The position numbers were made by a program, and so were the translations under genes. Below the pieces are notes generated by a model. It was not told where the DNA came from, did no database searches, and saw nothing but the letters and a program-made list of their open reading frames with translations. A stretch of 64,000 bases of DNA from Dudresnaya verticillata (Eukaryota), in NCBI GenBank assembly GCA_977862235.1, contig OZ374558.1, positions 3,100,001 to 3,164,000 on the forward strand, written 5' to 3'. Below, piece after piece: positions 46,414 through 58,127 of this stretch. Position 1 is the stretch's first letter. The number at the start of each line of letters is the position of its first letter.

Positions 46414-47747
46414 AGATCCGTTTGAACTTGTTAATAAAGTCTCAATTCTCTCTTCTTGCAGCTTCTGGGGGAGCCGGCGAGGTTGTATATACTTGCTCAA
46501 CTAGTTGAGACCCTCGTCTCTCTCGTTCTATATCTTGTTACAGAAAGTATCAATCGATTGATCAACGGTCGCTTTCTTTCTCCCCTCCCTTTTGTGTCCG
46601 CCCTTTTCAAAAGTGTCCTTTTGTGGGATATCGACCAGATTGAATAAGGATCATTGTCTTCTTCTCCTTTTCTTTGTAGAGTTGGTCGGCTTCAAAAGCA
46701 AGAAGCGACGAACCAAGAAACTGTCCAGGGAAATAGTTTCATATTGGGGGCTGGGGAGGTTTTTGCAACTGGCGGGGTGTGAGTGATCCAACAAAGAGCA
46801 TGAATGGCAGCACTGGTGAACGCAAGTGCCGTTGAGTATAGATTGTGCTGCTATACTATACTACAAGGTATGGGAGGGGTTGTAATTGGAAAGGCAGGGG
46901 AATTTGTTTGTGCATTGAATCTGTCAAGCGGAGGCCGATGAGAAGTGTAACAAGCAGAATCTGGACGTCGAATAGCTCAGAAGTTCGAAAGTGTTTGAAG
47001 GTCAAATGGAAAAATGCTGAATCGGACTCGACTGTAGATAGCTATAAACACAGCCAAAAACGATCATCGCAACCGTGAGGCGAACTGAATGTAATATGAC
47101 CCATATTCACAAGACTTGCCCATAGAAAAATGTGGCGACAACGACGGCCCCGAGGGCTTGAAACGCAACGAGGGGGGTAGGCATGAGAATGAGGACTGAT
47201 GATGTACCTTTTTTTGTATATACAACTTCACCAGTGAGACAGATAGGTATCTAAACTAGTGTTCCTATACAATTGTATCTTCACTATTGTGGTACGATTG
47301 TCATTTCACCGTTGTCACCCTTTGGTACAATAGGCTTGAGAATTCGCAATGTGTTTATGCAGTTTTATCTCATAGGCTGCTGAAACCAAAGCCGAAGCAC
47401 TCCAAATCAGGTCGAATAAGCGTATATACCACGATTAATGTGTACCAAGTATCATAAACAGAAACGCCCTGCTCAGATGTTGTTCCCGTAACCCGAATGA
47501 CCTCGGAGATTTACGTATAGGTCTAGTGTGTTGTAGCCTGTTTGAGACGAATTGGGGTACTTGAGCAAGCCTATCGAGATCGTTTTTGCGAAACTATTCC
47601 ACGTCGCTCGAGTTGCTGCAGGTTATGAGATAGATAACCCATTGTTTGTTTTGTGCTGAATCTCTGCGTAGCACTGTTCAAGCACATCGTTGTATAAGAT
47701 GAAGTGTCCAGTTGAGCGATATTGACAGGCAGTTGCATCGAGTTGTA

Positions 47748-48796
47748 CTACAGCTGGTGGTAAATTTTATCGATGCTGGAATCAATTGCCTTCCAAGAAG
47801 CAACCTTCGCTGCTTGGTTATGATTAGGATTCTTTGCTCCTTCGTTCTCTGATCTCGCTCCATTTCTCAACCGCAGATGTTTTTCCAGCCACAGCCGTCG
47901 AGATTCTTCGTCATGTTCCGCCCCCCAATTCTCCCAACCTTGACAGAAGTCACTGACACATGCGTTTCCCCAGGCGGAGCTGGTCCATGTTCTTTCCCAT
48001 CTGTACTCTGCAATCTTCGTGGTTGCCTCATTTGAATTATTTAGAAAGGAAGCCGGAGAAAGAAGATCTGAGTCCGGAAGCCTTGGTACGAACTGTAGAG
48101 ACAACAAAGTTGTATTAAAACGTCTTGAGAAAGAGAAGTAATTTACTTCGAGCGCATACTCAGACTACGGAATGTCCCTGTGTGTGAAGACTATGGGCAC
48201 TATATGGCGCTCCCGGGATACTTGGAAGGCACTCTTAACAACCCATTCACAGATCAATTCAGGGACTTGCAAACCATTGGGCTACCAAGCTACGCAACCA
48301 TTGTCGCACGTCCTGAAGATGAGCCGAGAAGCGCAAGCTTCCTCTCAATCAAAGCAGAGATCAGCCTCAACAACTTCATAATGCAAAGAACGAACTCGAC
48401 AAATTTCGGGAACCTCTTCCTTAGCCCTTTCTTCAGGCGATTCAGAATCCGAGTACACTGCCTTAGGACTACAAGAAGGCGGCGAGCGGCTCCTGGATTT
48501 TCCCTAACACCATCCCAGAGCTTCTCACCGACTGCCCGGGCAGCATTAGCTAGCGATTCGAGATCCGCTGTAGTCACGGGATGCACCGACTTCTAATCAA
48601 TCTCATCAGTAGAGTCATCCCCGAAGCGAGCAATGCCATCGATTCCGTCTTCTGTTAGCTTCTCAGCAATGAAGACATCGAAATCACCATAACTTCCACC
48701 TTGAACCTTGTCAGGGACTGGTTCAGCCCAGCTGCTCACTGAAGAGCAAGCTAGAATAAGGAGAACGGCAGCGACAGTAAAGAAAGAGAACTTCAT
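47748..48796 (-). pseudogene. Probable pseudogene of a secreted protein
   Basis: Signal peptide MKFSFFTVAAVLLILACSSVSSWA. In-frame TAG at 48593-48595 with the same frame continuing (48290-48586). Further stops. Intron-like GTATGC...TCTCTACAG at ~48096-48159. Downstream ORF 47748-48107. Confidence 0.55.
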
Positions 48797-48879
48797 GTTT
48801 CAGGATGTTATTAGCACTCTTCTGGGCGGATTGTAGTCTGGAACAAGCCAGTAGCTCCTCAAGGAAAGCAATGGTGCTC

Positions 48880-48886
48880 TTATATA
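48880..48886 (-). promoter_or_regulatory. TATA box
   Basis: Minus-strand TATATAA about 84 bp upstream of the ATG at 48796. Confidence 0.55.
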
Positions 48887-51800
48887 CAGAGAAAATCGCC
48901 AAACATTATCGCAACATCTTCAAACCTTTGTAGCATAATTTCTCTCATGTTGAGAAATGGATAAACATACTTTCTGGTACCGAAATGCATAGCATGCCCC
49001 TGTATCTTTCAACAGGATATAACTGAATTTGGAGACTTTACTGAATGGAGCAACAATGCCACACTATTGCTGGATCTTACAAAGAGGCATCCATGAAAGT
49101 AGATAGAACCTGACTCACAGCAAGTGTTGGAACAGCGCTCGATCCACTAAATCTGCGAATGCTAAGCACAATCAGTGTCTTCTGATCCCAAATCTTTGTT
49201 ACTATTCTGATAGAGCAAGTGACACAAGGCAAACCATCAAGCCCATACCATGACTAAAACCAATAATCACATACCGATGTTTATGTTTGGGCTGTATGTT
49301 CCTGCTAGGGTTGTATACTTGTTTCCAGCTGGCATGCAAGATTGCTAAAAGCTACAGTGCGCATGCATAATTTGTTGAGTTGCGACAAACCCTATTATAC
49401 TTCACAACCTGAGAATCATCTCCTTGTCACTGAAAACGGACAGCTTGCAATGGTGATATTTCTTTTGACTATCATAGGCTGGCTCATTAAGATTCTATCT
49501 GATGGTACGTTGGTTACAATTGCTTCTTTGAGTTCTTAGGAAGCAAGGACCTCCAGCACTGTTGTAATCGTTTGTAGATACCTACTGAGGTAGGATATGA
49601 AGTAGGGACTACACCAAGCAAAGCCACAAAGAAGCGGCAATAGCTTAGTAGTTTCTTTTTGCTTGGTCCATTATGGAGGTCGTGGGATCGGGTCCCGCGG
49701 GTGCGTGCTCGTGCGAAGCTGGAGAGCAATCTGTACGTGGTTCCACTATATATGTATAAGGCTTATGCCACAAGTTTTATATTATTGCAACTTCCTTTTA
49801 TTGGTATCCGGAAACCCCACCGATTTACCGGCTGATGGCTACTGGAAGGCAAGGACAGACAGGACGTCGACGATTCACGACGAGAGCCGTGAACTGGAGA
49901 ATACGGGCAAGTAGAGGTGATACTAACGGATTGTATTCAGTGGTGGGACAGGTCCCCGTATGCGTGGCAAGGAATGCAGCGAGCCTGTTGTAGTGCAGCA
50001 CGGCATGCAGGGCCGATTTCGCTGTCTATATCGAATGCAAGTGGTCGACAGGTAATAGAATGCGTCTCAAAAGCGGTGCGTTATTGGGGATGCTTGCCCT
50101 TTTCGGCCACTTGAGCAGTCCCCGCAGGAATGATGTCTGTTGCAGAGCGTGCAGGAAAGGGAGCAGCAATGGTGACTTCATAAACAATACATGAATCGGA
50201 AAAGGCTGGTAAAACCAAGTCCAAGCGGCGAAGCCAATGCTGGTAACGGCAAGACTACTCGCTGGTCACATTAAGCCCAATAGACGGATGAAGGGGACGA
50301 GAGAAGAATAGATAGTGAATAGAATTGCGACGACGAGTAGACCCTTGGGCACGGGGACATTTCGATGCATGGTAACCTAAACGATGCCGCAATTCTACCG
50401 CCTTTCTAGACTCATTCCGCATAGGCAATCTACTACACTTCTGTTGAACGCTTCAAATTGACATCTTTTTGTTCTCTTCTTGTGGTACACTGCATACCCT
50501 AGATCGATAGCGTCTCAAAATTCTGGGCTTTCGTAACACGTTAAACTTCTTTCTAAGACATGCTTGGTGTTTTGCATCAAGACTAATGAGTATCATCGTT
50601 GTCAAGCATAGGTGGAAGGCTCTACGCATGGAATCTGTATGCATGAAGCCGTTTGCAGCCTAACGGGTTGGATTTTTGTATCACCGCAGCACAAGATACA
50701 AGGCACAAAGGCTTGTTACCGTTTCAGTTGGAGACTTGAATTTGCCACTTGAGATCTTTTTTCTTAACGTTTGCTGTGCGCTGCTGGGACTTCCGCGGAT
50801 GGAATTTCGTTTTCTCTGTTGAAGGAGCTGGTGTTGCAACACTGAAACGACAAAGAGAGTTTTGGCGATAGGAGGGGACGAAATGCATGCATTGTTTGAA
50901 AATGTCTCATTGCAAGGCAGAAGATAGCTGTTTTGCAAGGCATTCTGTTGACGTCCATCTGTTCCCAGCATCACTGACCTTGAACGAATAACTTGGAAAC
51001 AAGAAATTCGGGCTGTTCGAAGCGTTATCCAGACGCAAAGCCCGAGCAGCCCGTCAGGACCTCGCGTTAATTTGAATCCGATGTGAAGACACGTGCAATC
51101 ATATCGTTGCGGTCAGAAAGACATCTGGTAGGTCTCGAGGTGCGAAACCTTGTTAACCCAGTAGGGCATAGCAGGTTGCTCTGGCGAGACCAAACTTTCT
51201 GTTACCAGTTTACTACTTGCACGGAAGCGTCTCCAGTGTGCGTGACTTTAGTGAGAGTGTTGCCACATTGTTGGAATGCCTGCGATGTAGTTGGAAACCG
51301 GAGTCTATGCAACGGTCAAAAAATGCCGATTCCAACAAAGGCATTTCGTGCGATGCAGTTCATGGGCCGCCCAGATTGAAGGTATGCGAATGCTGGAGGC
51401 CACGCGGGGTGCCGAAGCGGATCTGTTTGCAGCTATGCCAGCCCGTCATCGCTCGGTGTTACAAAAGCGCATTACAACAAAACACGCGGTTTCTACGACA
51501 ATTTCATTCAAGTGCGCAAATGTCCAGAGATAGAATAGTAAAACCATACAACTGGAGCCCTCCAGGCACTGGAGAGACCGATCGTGTGGCACGAAGAGCT
51601 CGAAAAAAGTCACAGGATTGTACAGCATTGCAACAGCATCCTTCAAGGATACGAGAACCTTGTCGTGGCACGAGTATACCAACCATAAAGGAAGAATGCC
51701 AAGGAGGTGGCACCGGCATAGTGGTTTTGAGAAAGTGCTTTCCTCTCCGTCTACGGTATCCTCCTTTATTAAGGAAGACAAGACTGTCTGAAAATCTCCA

Positions 51801-53207
51801 CGAAGACGGCTACTACGTTATTTGGTGTTCTTGCCGGACTTTTGGAATCGGTAGAGGACGGTCGAGACGTCCACTGGACACAGCACATTGGCAACAAAGC
51901 GCAGAAGATAACGTGGAGGAAGTACGCTGCTAGTAGAAACAAAATGAAAGTATGCATATCCCTTGGGCCTACTACAGAGCCACCCGATAATGGCTGTGTG
52001 TTCGCAGTAGTTTCCGTTTTGGCTACACCTGCGGCTCTAATCATATTAGATTAGTAAACTTAGAGATGGCGGAGGAAGCCAACAATGTTGTTGACAAGAA
52101 TAACAAAAAGCTGCAAAGCTACCGAAAGAGCTTGAAGCACACAACTCGTGCAAGTATTCACCACAATAGGTAGCACAGCAACGAAGAAATGGAATCGCAT
52201 ACAGTGATGTTTGATTTTAATGTTTGTTTAACGAGCGACGATGGCTCATAGGCAAGCACACGGTCGGGGGGGAGTTATCTTGCTTGCGGGTAGCTGATAC
52301 CTGGGGATCAGTGGGTTTGTGTCTGGGTAATGGGAAGGCGAAAGTCGTGTCTGCAGACATCCCGGATACATGCGATGGCATCGGTGACAGCTACATGGTA
52401 GGTCAGCATCGCATGGAGCTGCGGCCGAGAGCGTCTAGAGGGATTAGGCGAGAAACCGAACATTCTGCAAAGCGATCGGGCAGCTCGGCGGGATGGGAAA
52501 CGTTCCCAGGTGCCAGCGAATTGCCAGTTTCCGGTCTCGGTGGTCCGTTAGTTCCAGCGCTGGTATGAAGCAGGTGAGGCTGTGCACAGGGGCAGGGCGA
52601 CGACCCATTAGCGCCGGATCGAGACGGAATAGCGCCCTAAGCTTCCGCAAACGTTGTGCAGACATCCTTTTTGGATGTCTGCGGCAAAATGACTCAGAAG
52701 AAGGCTGTTTCCAAGCTGTCAATTGCGCTACAAACAGCAGGTGTGTACGGGGTAGAGGTGCACCCGTGTTCGTAGACGGGGGGCACCAATGTATGGTTGG
52801 TATATCGGGCTGCATGTGTGCGCATCTCTGCGAATACGGCGAGTGCTCCGCTCGCCGCGCATTGCGTCACTGCAGCTGTGTCTACAGTTACAGACGCAAA
52901 TGCGTGCACGCGTGTTAGGTCTGAGTGTACGTACGCGGTCCGGAGACTAGTGCTCTTGGTGCTTGCGGCTGCGCGCGCTCTACTCGCAACTCGGTACTAT
53001 GCCCGGAGGGTGGGCACTTTGCAAGTCGTACAGGCTCAAAGTAATCTTATCTTAATTCACTCGGAACGGTCTGTCCGGTGTTCAACAAACAACCCCAAAA
53101 ACAAAACAAACACACTCACACTCACTCACATCCTCTCCTTCCGCACACCCTATCGGGTACCAACCATCTCGACGAGAGAGAGAGAGAGAGAGAGCGGTTC
53201 CTCACTA

Positions 53208-54545
53208 TCACGCCACCTTGCGACAAATGGCCGGCTCCTTCCCGGCAAGCTCCATCCTGCGCTTGCGAAACGCGTTGTACAGCAGCGTCTCATTGCCAAG
53301 CAGCGCGTCCAGGTCAAACCCGGGCGCCAACTTGAGCTCGGGGCTCTTGTTCTCAACCACCAGAAACGGCGCGATCAGCTTTTCCAGCTGCCCGACCGGC
53401 TCGTCGTACAGGTCGATGATCTCGTCGTAGCGCGCCACCACGCGCGCAATGCGCTCCTTGAGCTTGTGCCCACACTTGGGTCCTCCGCGGTCATAATAGT
53501 GCAGCAGCGAGCAGCTCTTGATGCTCATGCGCCGCATGAACTCCTCGTACGTGGCCGTGTGCGGAATGCCATAGTGCGTGCCCTTCATCAGCTGGTTGAA
53601 GCGGTACATGCTGTCCCACCGCTCCGCCGGCGCGCGGATGCTGGTCACCTTGTAGTACCCGGCGGCGCCGAGCCGGTTGATCAGGCCCTCCTGCCCAAAC
53701 ATGTGTCCGAGCACGCTGCGCTTGGGCTCCTCGCCCGCCAGAAAGCGCTCCGCAAAGTCGTTGCACTCGCTGTAGCTGCACGGCGCAAACACGCACGGCC
53801 CATCCGAGCCGGTGCACCCGTCCGCGCTGTTGTTCCCGCGGCGCACGTCCAGGTAGTCCACAATGGCAAACTTGACCGCGGTGCTGCCCGTCTTGACCGG
53901 CTTGTCGTACACCACGTGCTGCAGGCACGCTGCCGCGGGCGGCTTGCGTCTGGACGGCGGCTCGGCCGCGATCAGGCGCGCCAGGTCGGGGTCCACCGGC
54001 GCGTCCGCGCGGCGGCGCGCGCGCATCGCCGACAGCGCGGCCTCCGTCTCCGCAGACGCCGTCCGCTGCGACGGGTCCACGGCCTCGCGGTGCTTGGCGT
54101 TGAGCCAGAACTTGCCGTCCGGCAGCGTGCCCTTGGACTGGCCCGACTGCGCCATGACCGGGCGCGCGGGCGGCGCGTTGTCGCTGTTGTTATCGTTGCT
54201 GTTTTCGCTGTCGTTGTTGTCGTTGTTGCTCGCGGCGGAGGCGGCGGACACGGCGGGTTGCTCTGGCGCGACGCGAGCGGCGGCGGCGGGCGGCGGCGCG
54301 GGGTGTTCGAGCTGGGCGTCTTGTGATCGCAGCTGGTGGTGCAGGCGGTGCTCGACCGCGTCGGCGGGCGGCGGCGGCGGCGGCGGTGGGGCGGCGGCGG
54401 CGGCCGGCGCGGGCGCGACGGGGTCGGTGGCGGCGCGGTGCAGCACGAAGACGGTGAGCGCGGCGGTGAGCGCGGCGACGTAGGCGCGGCGGCGCGGCTT
54501 GGGCGCGAGCGCGAGCGCGCGGCGGTCCTTGAGCGGGGGCGACAT
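53208..54545 (-). CDS. Type II membrane (Golgi-type) carbohydrate sulfotransferase-like protein, 445 aa
   Basis: Basic N-tail, single TM (AYVAALTAALTVFVL) and low-complexity stem. 5'-PSB motif VVYDKPVKTGSTAV and 3'-PB motif VTSIRAPAERWDSMYRF of PAPS-dependent sulfotransferases. Confidence 0.85.
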   Translation of the reverse strand: MSPPLKDRRALALAPKPRRRAYVAALTAALTVFVLHRAATDPVAPAPAAAAAPPPPPPPPADAVEHRLHHQLRSQDAQLEHPAPPPAAAARVAPEQPAVSAASAASNNDNNDSENSNDNNSDNAPPARPVMAQSGQSKGTLPDGKFWLNAKHREAVDPSQRTASAETEAALSAMRARRRADAPVDPDLARLIAAEPPSRRKPPAAACLQHVVYDKPVKTGSTAVKFAIVDYLDVRRGNNSADGCTGSDGPCVFAPCSYSECNDFAERFLAGEEPKRSVLGHMFGQEGLINRLGAAGYYKVTSIRAPAERWDSMYRFNQLMKGTHYGIPHTATYEEFMRRMSIKSCSLLHYYDRGGPKCGHKLKERIARVVARYDEIIDLYDEPVGQLEKLIAPFLVVENKSPELKLAPGFDLDALLGNETLLYNAFRKRRMELAGKEPAICRKVA

Positions 54546-54560
54546 TGGGGCGGGGGCGGT

Positions 54561-54694
54561 GGGACGGCGGGGCGGCGGGACGGCGGGACGGCGGGACGGC
54601 GGGACGGCGGGACGGCGGGACGGGAGGCGGAGTCGGGCGCGAGGCGGATTATTGCGGTATATAGCGGCGTTTTATTGCGGTATATAGCGGCGTT
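54561..54694 (-). promoter_or_regulatory. Duplicated TATA-like unit plus 9-bp minisatellite upstream of the sulfotransferase
   Basis: TTATTGCGGTATATAGCGGCGTT twice (54649, 54672). (GGGACGGCG)n at 54561-54623. Confidence 0.6.
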
Positions 54695-54760
54695 TTACGG
54701 TGTTTGCGGGTGATTCCGGGACGATCCGGAATAGTGCGCGGCTATTGACGTTACAGTTCG

Positions 54761-55223
54761 TTAAACCGCGCCGCGCGGCTGCCGCTCACCGCCGAGCGGC
54801 CGCGCCGCGGCGTACTCCTCCGCCGTCGCCATCCTCTTCTCCGGCGCCGCCGCCATCGTCGCCATCGTCTCCCTCGCCGCCACGCGCGCGGCCGCGAGCT
54901 CCGCCACCGCGACGGGGCGCAGCGCCGCGCGCATGGCGCCGAGCGCCACGGCCGCCACGCCCAGCGCCACGCCCATGCCGCGCACGTTGAGCACGCGCAC
55001 GCGCTCGCCCCACACCGCGGCGCGCGCCGCGCCCACCGCGCCGCCGCCGCCGCGCACAAACACCGCGCGGCCCTCGGCGCCGTCCACCACGCGCACGGCC
55101 GCGGCGTCCTTGAACACGGCGTGCGCAAAGCGCAGCGCGGCGCGCCCGCGCGGCAGCACGCCGGCCGTGCGCGTCTCGAAGCGCCGGTTGCTCCGCGTCC
55201 ACACCGCGCCGCCGGCGTCGCCG

Positions 55224-55263
<40 letters not shown>

Positions 55264-56293
55264 TCCCCGTCCCCACCACGCGCACCTGCGCCGCGCCGGA
55301 CACCTCCGCCGTCGCCACGCGCAGCCGCTGCAGCCGCTCCGCGTCCATCGCGGCGTCGCCCGTGTCGGCGCGGTACGCGCTCGCGGCCAGCGCCAGCAGC
55401 TGGCGGTGCACCACCTCGACGCGCGCGCGCCTCAGCAGCGCGCCGCCGCCGCCATCATCGTCCTCCTCGCGCAGCACGCGCTCGCGGCCGTCCCACAGCG
55501 CGTACGTGGCGCGCACGGAGTAGCGCGCGGCGTCGCGGCCGACGCGCACGACGTGCTCGGCGCCAAACTCGTGCACGTCGGACACGATGCGCACGTCGAC
55601 CACGCCGGCCGCGCGGGCGAACGGCTCGACGGCGGCGCCGACGTCGGACGTGACGCACAGCGCGGCGCGCGTGCGGCCCTGCACCACGCCGCGCCCGCGC
55701 AGCGCGACGGAGGCGCACGCGCGGTTGACGCTGGCGCGCGCGTGGTAGCGCGCCGCGCCCCACCGCGGGTTCCACCCTTGCTCGAGGCGCAGCGCCACGC
55801 GCGCGTTGCTGACGCCGCGCACGCGCGCCTTGGTCGCCACCAGCAGCGCGGTCTCCGCGGCGAGCGTGGCCGCGCCCACGGCGACCGCGGCCGCGCCCAC
55901 GCGCGCGTTGAAGCCGCGCGCGCGGGCGCGCGCGCGCGCGCGCGCGGCGCTGCGCGGAAACACGCGCAGCTCGCGCGCGCGCAGCGCGGCGTGCACGGCG
56001 CAGAAGGCCGACGTGCGCGCCGCGCCGCGCCACGTGCGCAGCGCGGCCGAGGTGACGGCGGCCTGCACCAGCAGCAGCACGGCCAGCGTGAGCACGGCCA
56101 GCGCCAGCTCGTCGTTGTTCGTGACGGCGTCGCGGTTGAACGCGGCGGCGAGGCGCGGGCGCACCTGCAGCGTCTCGCTGAGGAACGACGCCATGTCGGC
56201 GCCGAGCGGCACGGTCTGGTTCTGGCCGAGGAACACGTCGGGCTCCCACCAGACGTGCGCCGACGCGCCGCGGCCGACCTCGCGGAACGGCAT
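54761..56293 (-). CDS. Uncharacterised 3-TM membrane protein (510 aa), subfamily B copy 1
   Basis: Likely start MPFREV at 56293. Paralog of 56565-58127 (VSNA...LRLE, ASV.R.C, SD.HEFGAEH.V, VHRQ, G.LP.G.AAL, VW.E). Very high GC. (GS)n loop encoded by (GACCCC)n. Confidence 0.88.
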
Positions 56294-56564
56294 TGGGGCG
56301 GGGGGGCGGGGCGGGGCGGGGCGGGGGCGGGACGGGGCGGGACGGTGTGCGCAGCGAGAGAGCGGGAGGGCGACGAAGCGGGCGACGAAGCGGGCGACGA
56401 AGACGTAAGGCACAAGACCAGACGGTCGGGCAATGTATTGACCAACGCGCAAGCGGCGGCGGCGGAAAGCGGCCGCTAATCGCATTACAAGCGCTATTGA
56501 TCTCTCAATCGCCACCGCCTCCGTCCTCCCGCGCCGTCCTCCTCGTCATCGCAACACAACAACA

Positions 56565-58127
56565 ATGTCGCCGCCGCTCTTCACGCGCCTCTACGACCAA
56601 ACCGCGCAGAACCGCTCCTACTTGTCGCTCGCGGCGCCCAACCTCGCGCACGCAAAGCCGCCGGACCGCGCCTCGTTCCTCTCCGACGCGCTGCCGGTGT
56701 CGCCGCGCGTCTCCACGCGCTTCTCGTCCGACCTCACGCCGGACGACGACGACATCCTCATCGCAGTGCTCTCCCTCCTGCTCCTGTTCGCCATCGACGC
56801 GCTGGTGTCCGCCGTGCTGCTGCGCACGCGCGGCCACGCCGCCGCGGTGCACCCGTTCTCCTTCGCCGTGCGCCACGTCGCAGACCTCGCCGTCGACCTA
56901 CGTCTGTCCTCCCTGCTGCCCACGCTGCGCGCGCGCCGCCGCCCGCGCCGCGGCAACGCCCGTCTGCTCGCCGTCGCCGCCGCAGTCGTCCTGCTCTCGC
57001 TCGCCGCGCAGGTCGCCGTCCTCTTCCTGACAAACCCCGCCACGGCCCACGTCTCCAACGCCCACGCCACGCTCCGCCTGGAAGGCCCGTTCCTGCCGGC
57101 GTGGAACCCGGTGTGGGCGCACTTCACCGCGTCCGTGGCGCGCCCGTGCACGTCCCCGTCGCTGTCGGGCGTGGACCAGCGCGCCACCACCGTCAGCGCC
57201 TGCCTCTCGTCCAACCTCTCGCTCGCCACCGACGCCCGCTTCATCGCCCCCCAAGCCGCCCCCGTCTCCCTCGTCTTCACCTCCGACATGCACGAGTTTG
57301 GCGCAGAGCACAACGTCTCACTCGGAGCTGCATCCGCCACCTTCTCCACGCGCGCCTACTTTCGCCTCTCCGACGCCCGCGAGCGCGTCATGCCGCGCGC
57401 GGCCATGCGTCTGGACCGCCTGCGCCGCGTGCGCGAGGTTCACCGCCAGTACGTCGCCTTCCTGTTCTCCGCATACATTCGTGAGACCTCCGATGTTGAC
57501 GCACCCGCCCCCTCCTCCGCTGCCTCCTCCTCGCCGCGTCTCGACACGCTCAACACCTTGCGCTTCCGCTTTTCAGAGACCGAGGGCCCGCTCGTGGATA
57601 TCCTCATCGTAAACGGCCACCGCATCGTGGTGCGCCGCACGTCCGTGCGCTACACCACTTCCGTGACCGGCGCGCTGCCCGGCGGCCCGGCCGCGCTGCT
57701 CGTGGCGCTGGCGGTGCTCAAGTCCGCCGCGGCAATCGCCGTAGCCGGCCCGAACACGCGCGACCTCATCATGGGCTCGGGCTCGGTGCGCGAGACCGAG
57801 GCGCGCGTGTGGACCGAGCAGTACCGCCCGGTCAACTGGTTGACGCTGCTGATCGTGGTGTGCGTGGTCGTGGCCGCGCTGCTCGTGCTGCGCGTGTTTC
57901 TCAAGCCGTCCGCCATGGCCGAGATTGCCGGCGAGTACGTCGCTGAGCAGGTCGGCGCAGCGCAGGATCGCGACCCGCTCTTCATGGACGCGAGTGAGCA
58001 GCAGACCTTTCAAGTGCCCAAAAGGGCTGCGGATGGGCGGTGGCTTGACCCAGGGTTTCCAGAGCCGACGCCCGGCGACGGCGAGGTTGTGCTGCGAGGG
58101 GATATTGGTGCTGTTGGTGAATGGTAA
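56565..58127 (+). CDS. Uncharacterised 3-TM membrane protein (520 aa), subfamily B copy 2
   Basis: ACAACAATG start context. Two N-terminal TMs, a large loop, and C-terminal TM NWLTLLIVVCVVVAALLVL. Head-to-head with its paralog, 271 bp apart. Confidence 0.9.
   Translation: MSPPLFTRLYDQTAQNRSYLSLAAPNLAHAKPPDRASFLSDALPVSPRVSTRFSSDLTPDDDDILIAVLSLLLLFAIDALVSAVLLRTRGHAAAVHPFSFAVRHVADLAVDLRLSSLLPTLRARRRPRRGNARLLAVAAAVVLLSLAAQVAVLFLTNPATAHVSNAHATLRLEGPFLPAWNPVWAHFTASVARPCTSPSLSGVDQRATTVSACLSSNLSLATDARFIAPQAAPVSLVFTSDMHEFGAEHNVSLGAASATFSTRAYFRLSDARERVMPRAAMRLDRLRRVREVHRQYVAFLFSAYIRETSDVDAPAPSSAASSSPRLDTLNTLRFRFSETEGPLVDILIVNGHRIVVRRTSVRYTTSVTGALPGGPAALLVALAVLKSAAAIAVAGPNTRDLIMGSGSVRETEARVWTEQYRPVNWLTLLIVVCVVVAALLVLRVFLKPSAMAEIAGEYVAEQVGAAQDRDPLFMDASEQQTFQVPKRAADGRWLDPGFPEPTPGDGEVVLRGDIGAVGEW

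Noticed and set aside
51217..51933. 238-aa ORF
   Set aside because: Non-ATG start and no recognisable motif. It may be decayed sequence and cannot be supported as a gene.
52797..54326. 509-aa plus-strand ORF and other long overlapping ORFs at 53-58 kb (e.g. 55121-56479, 55432-56445)
   Set aside because: Antisense or alternative-frame shadows of very GC-rich genes. They have Arg/Ala/Pro-biased composition and no motifs.
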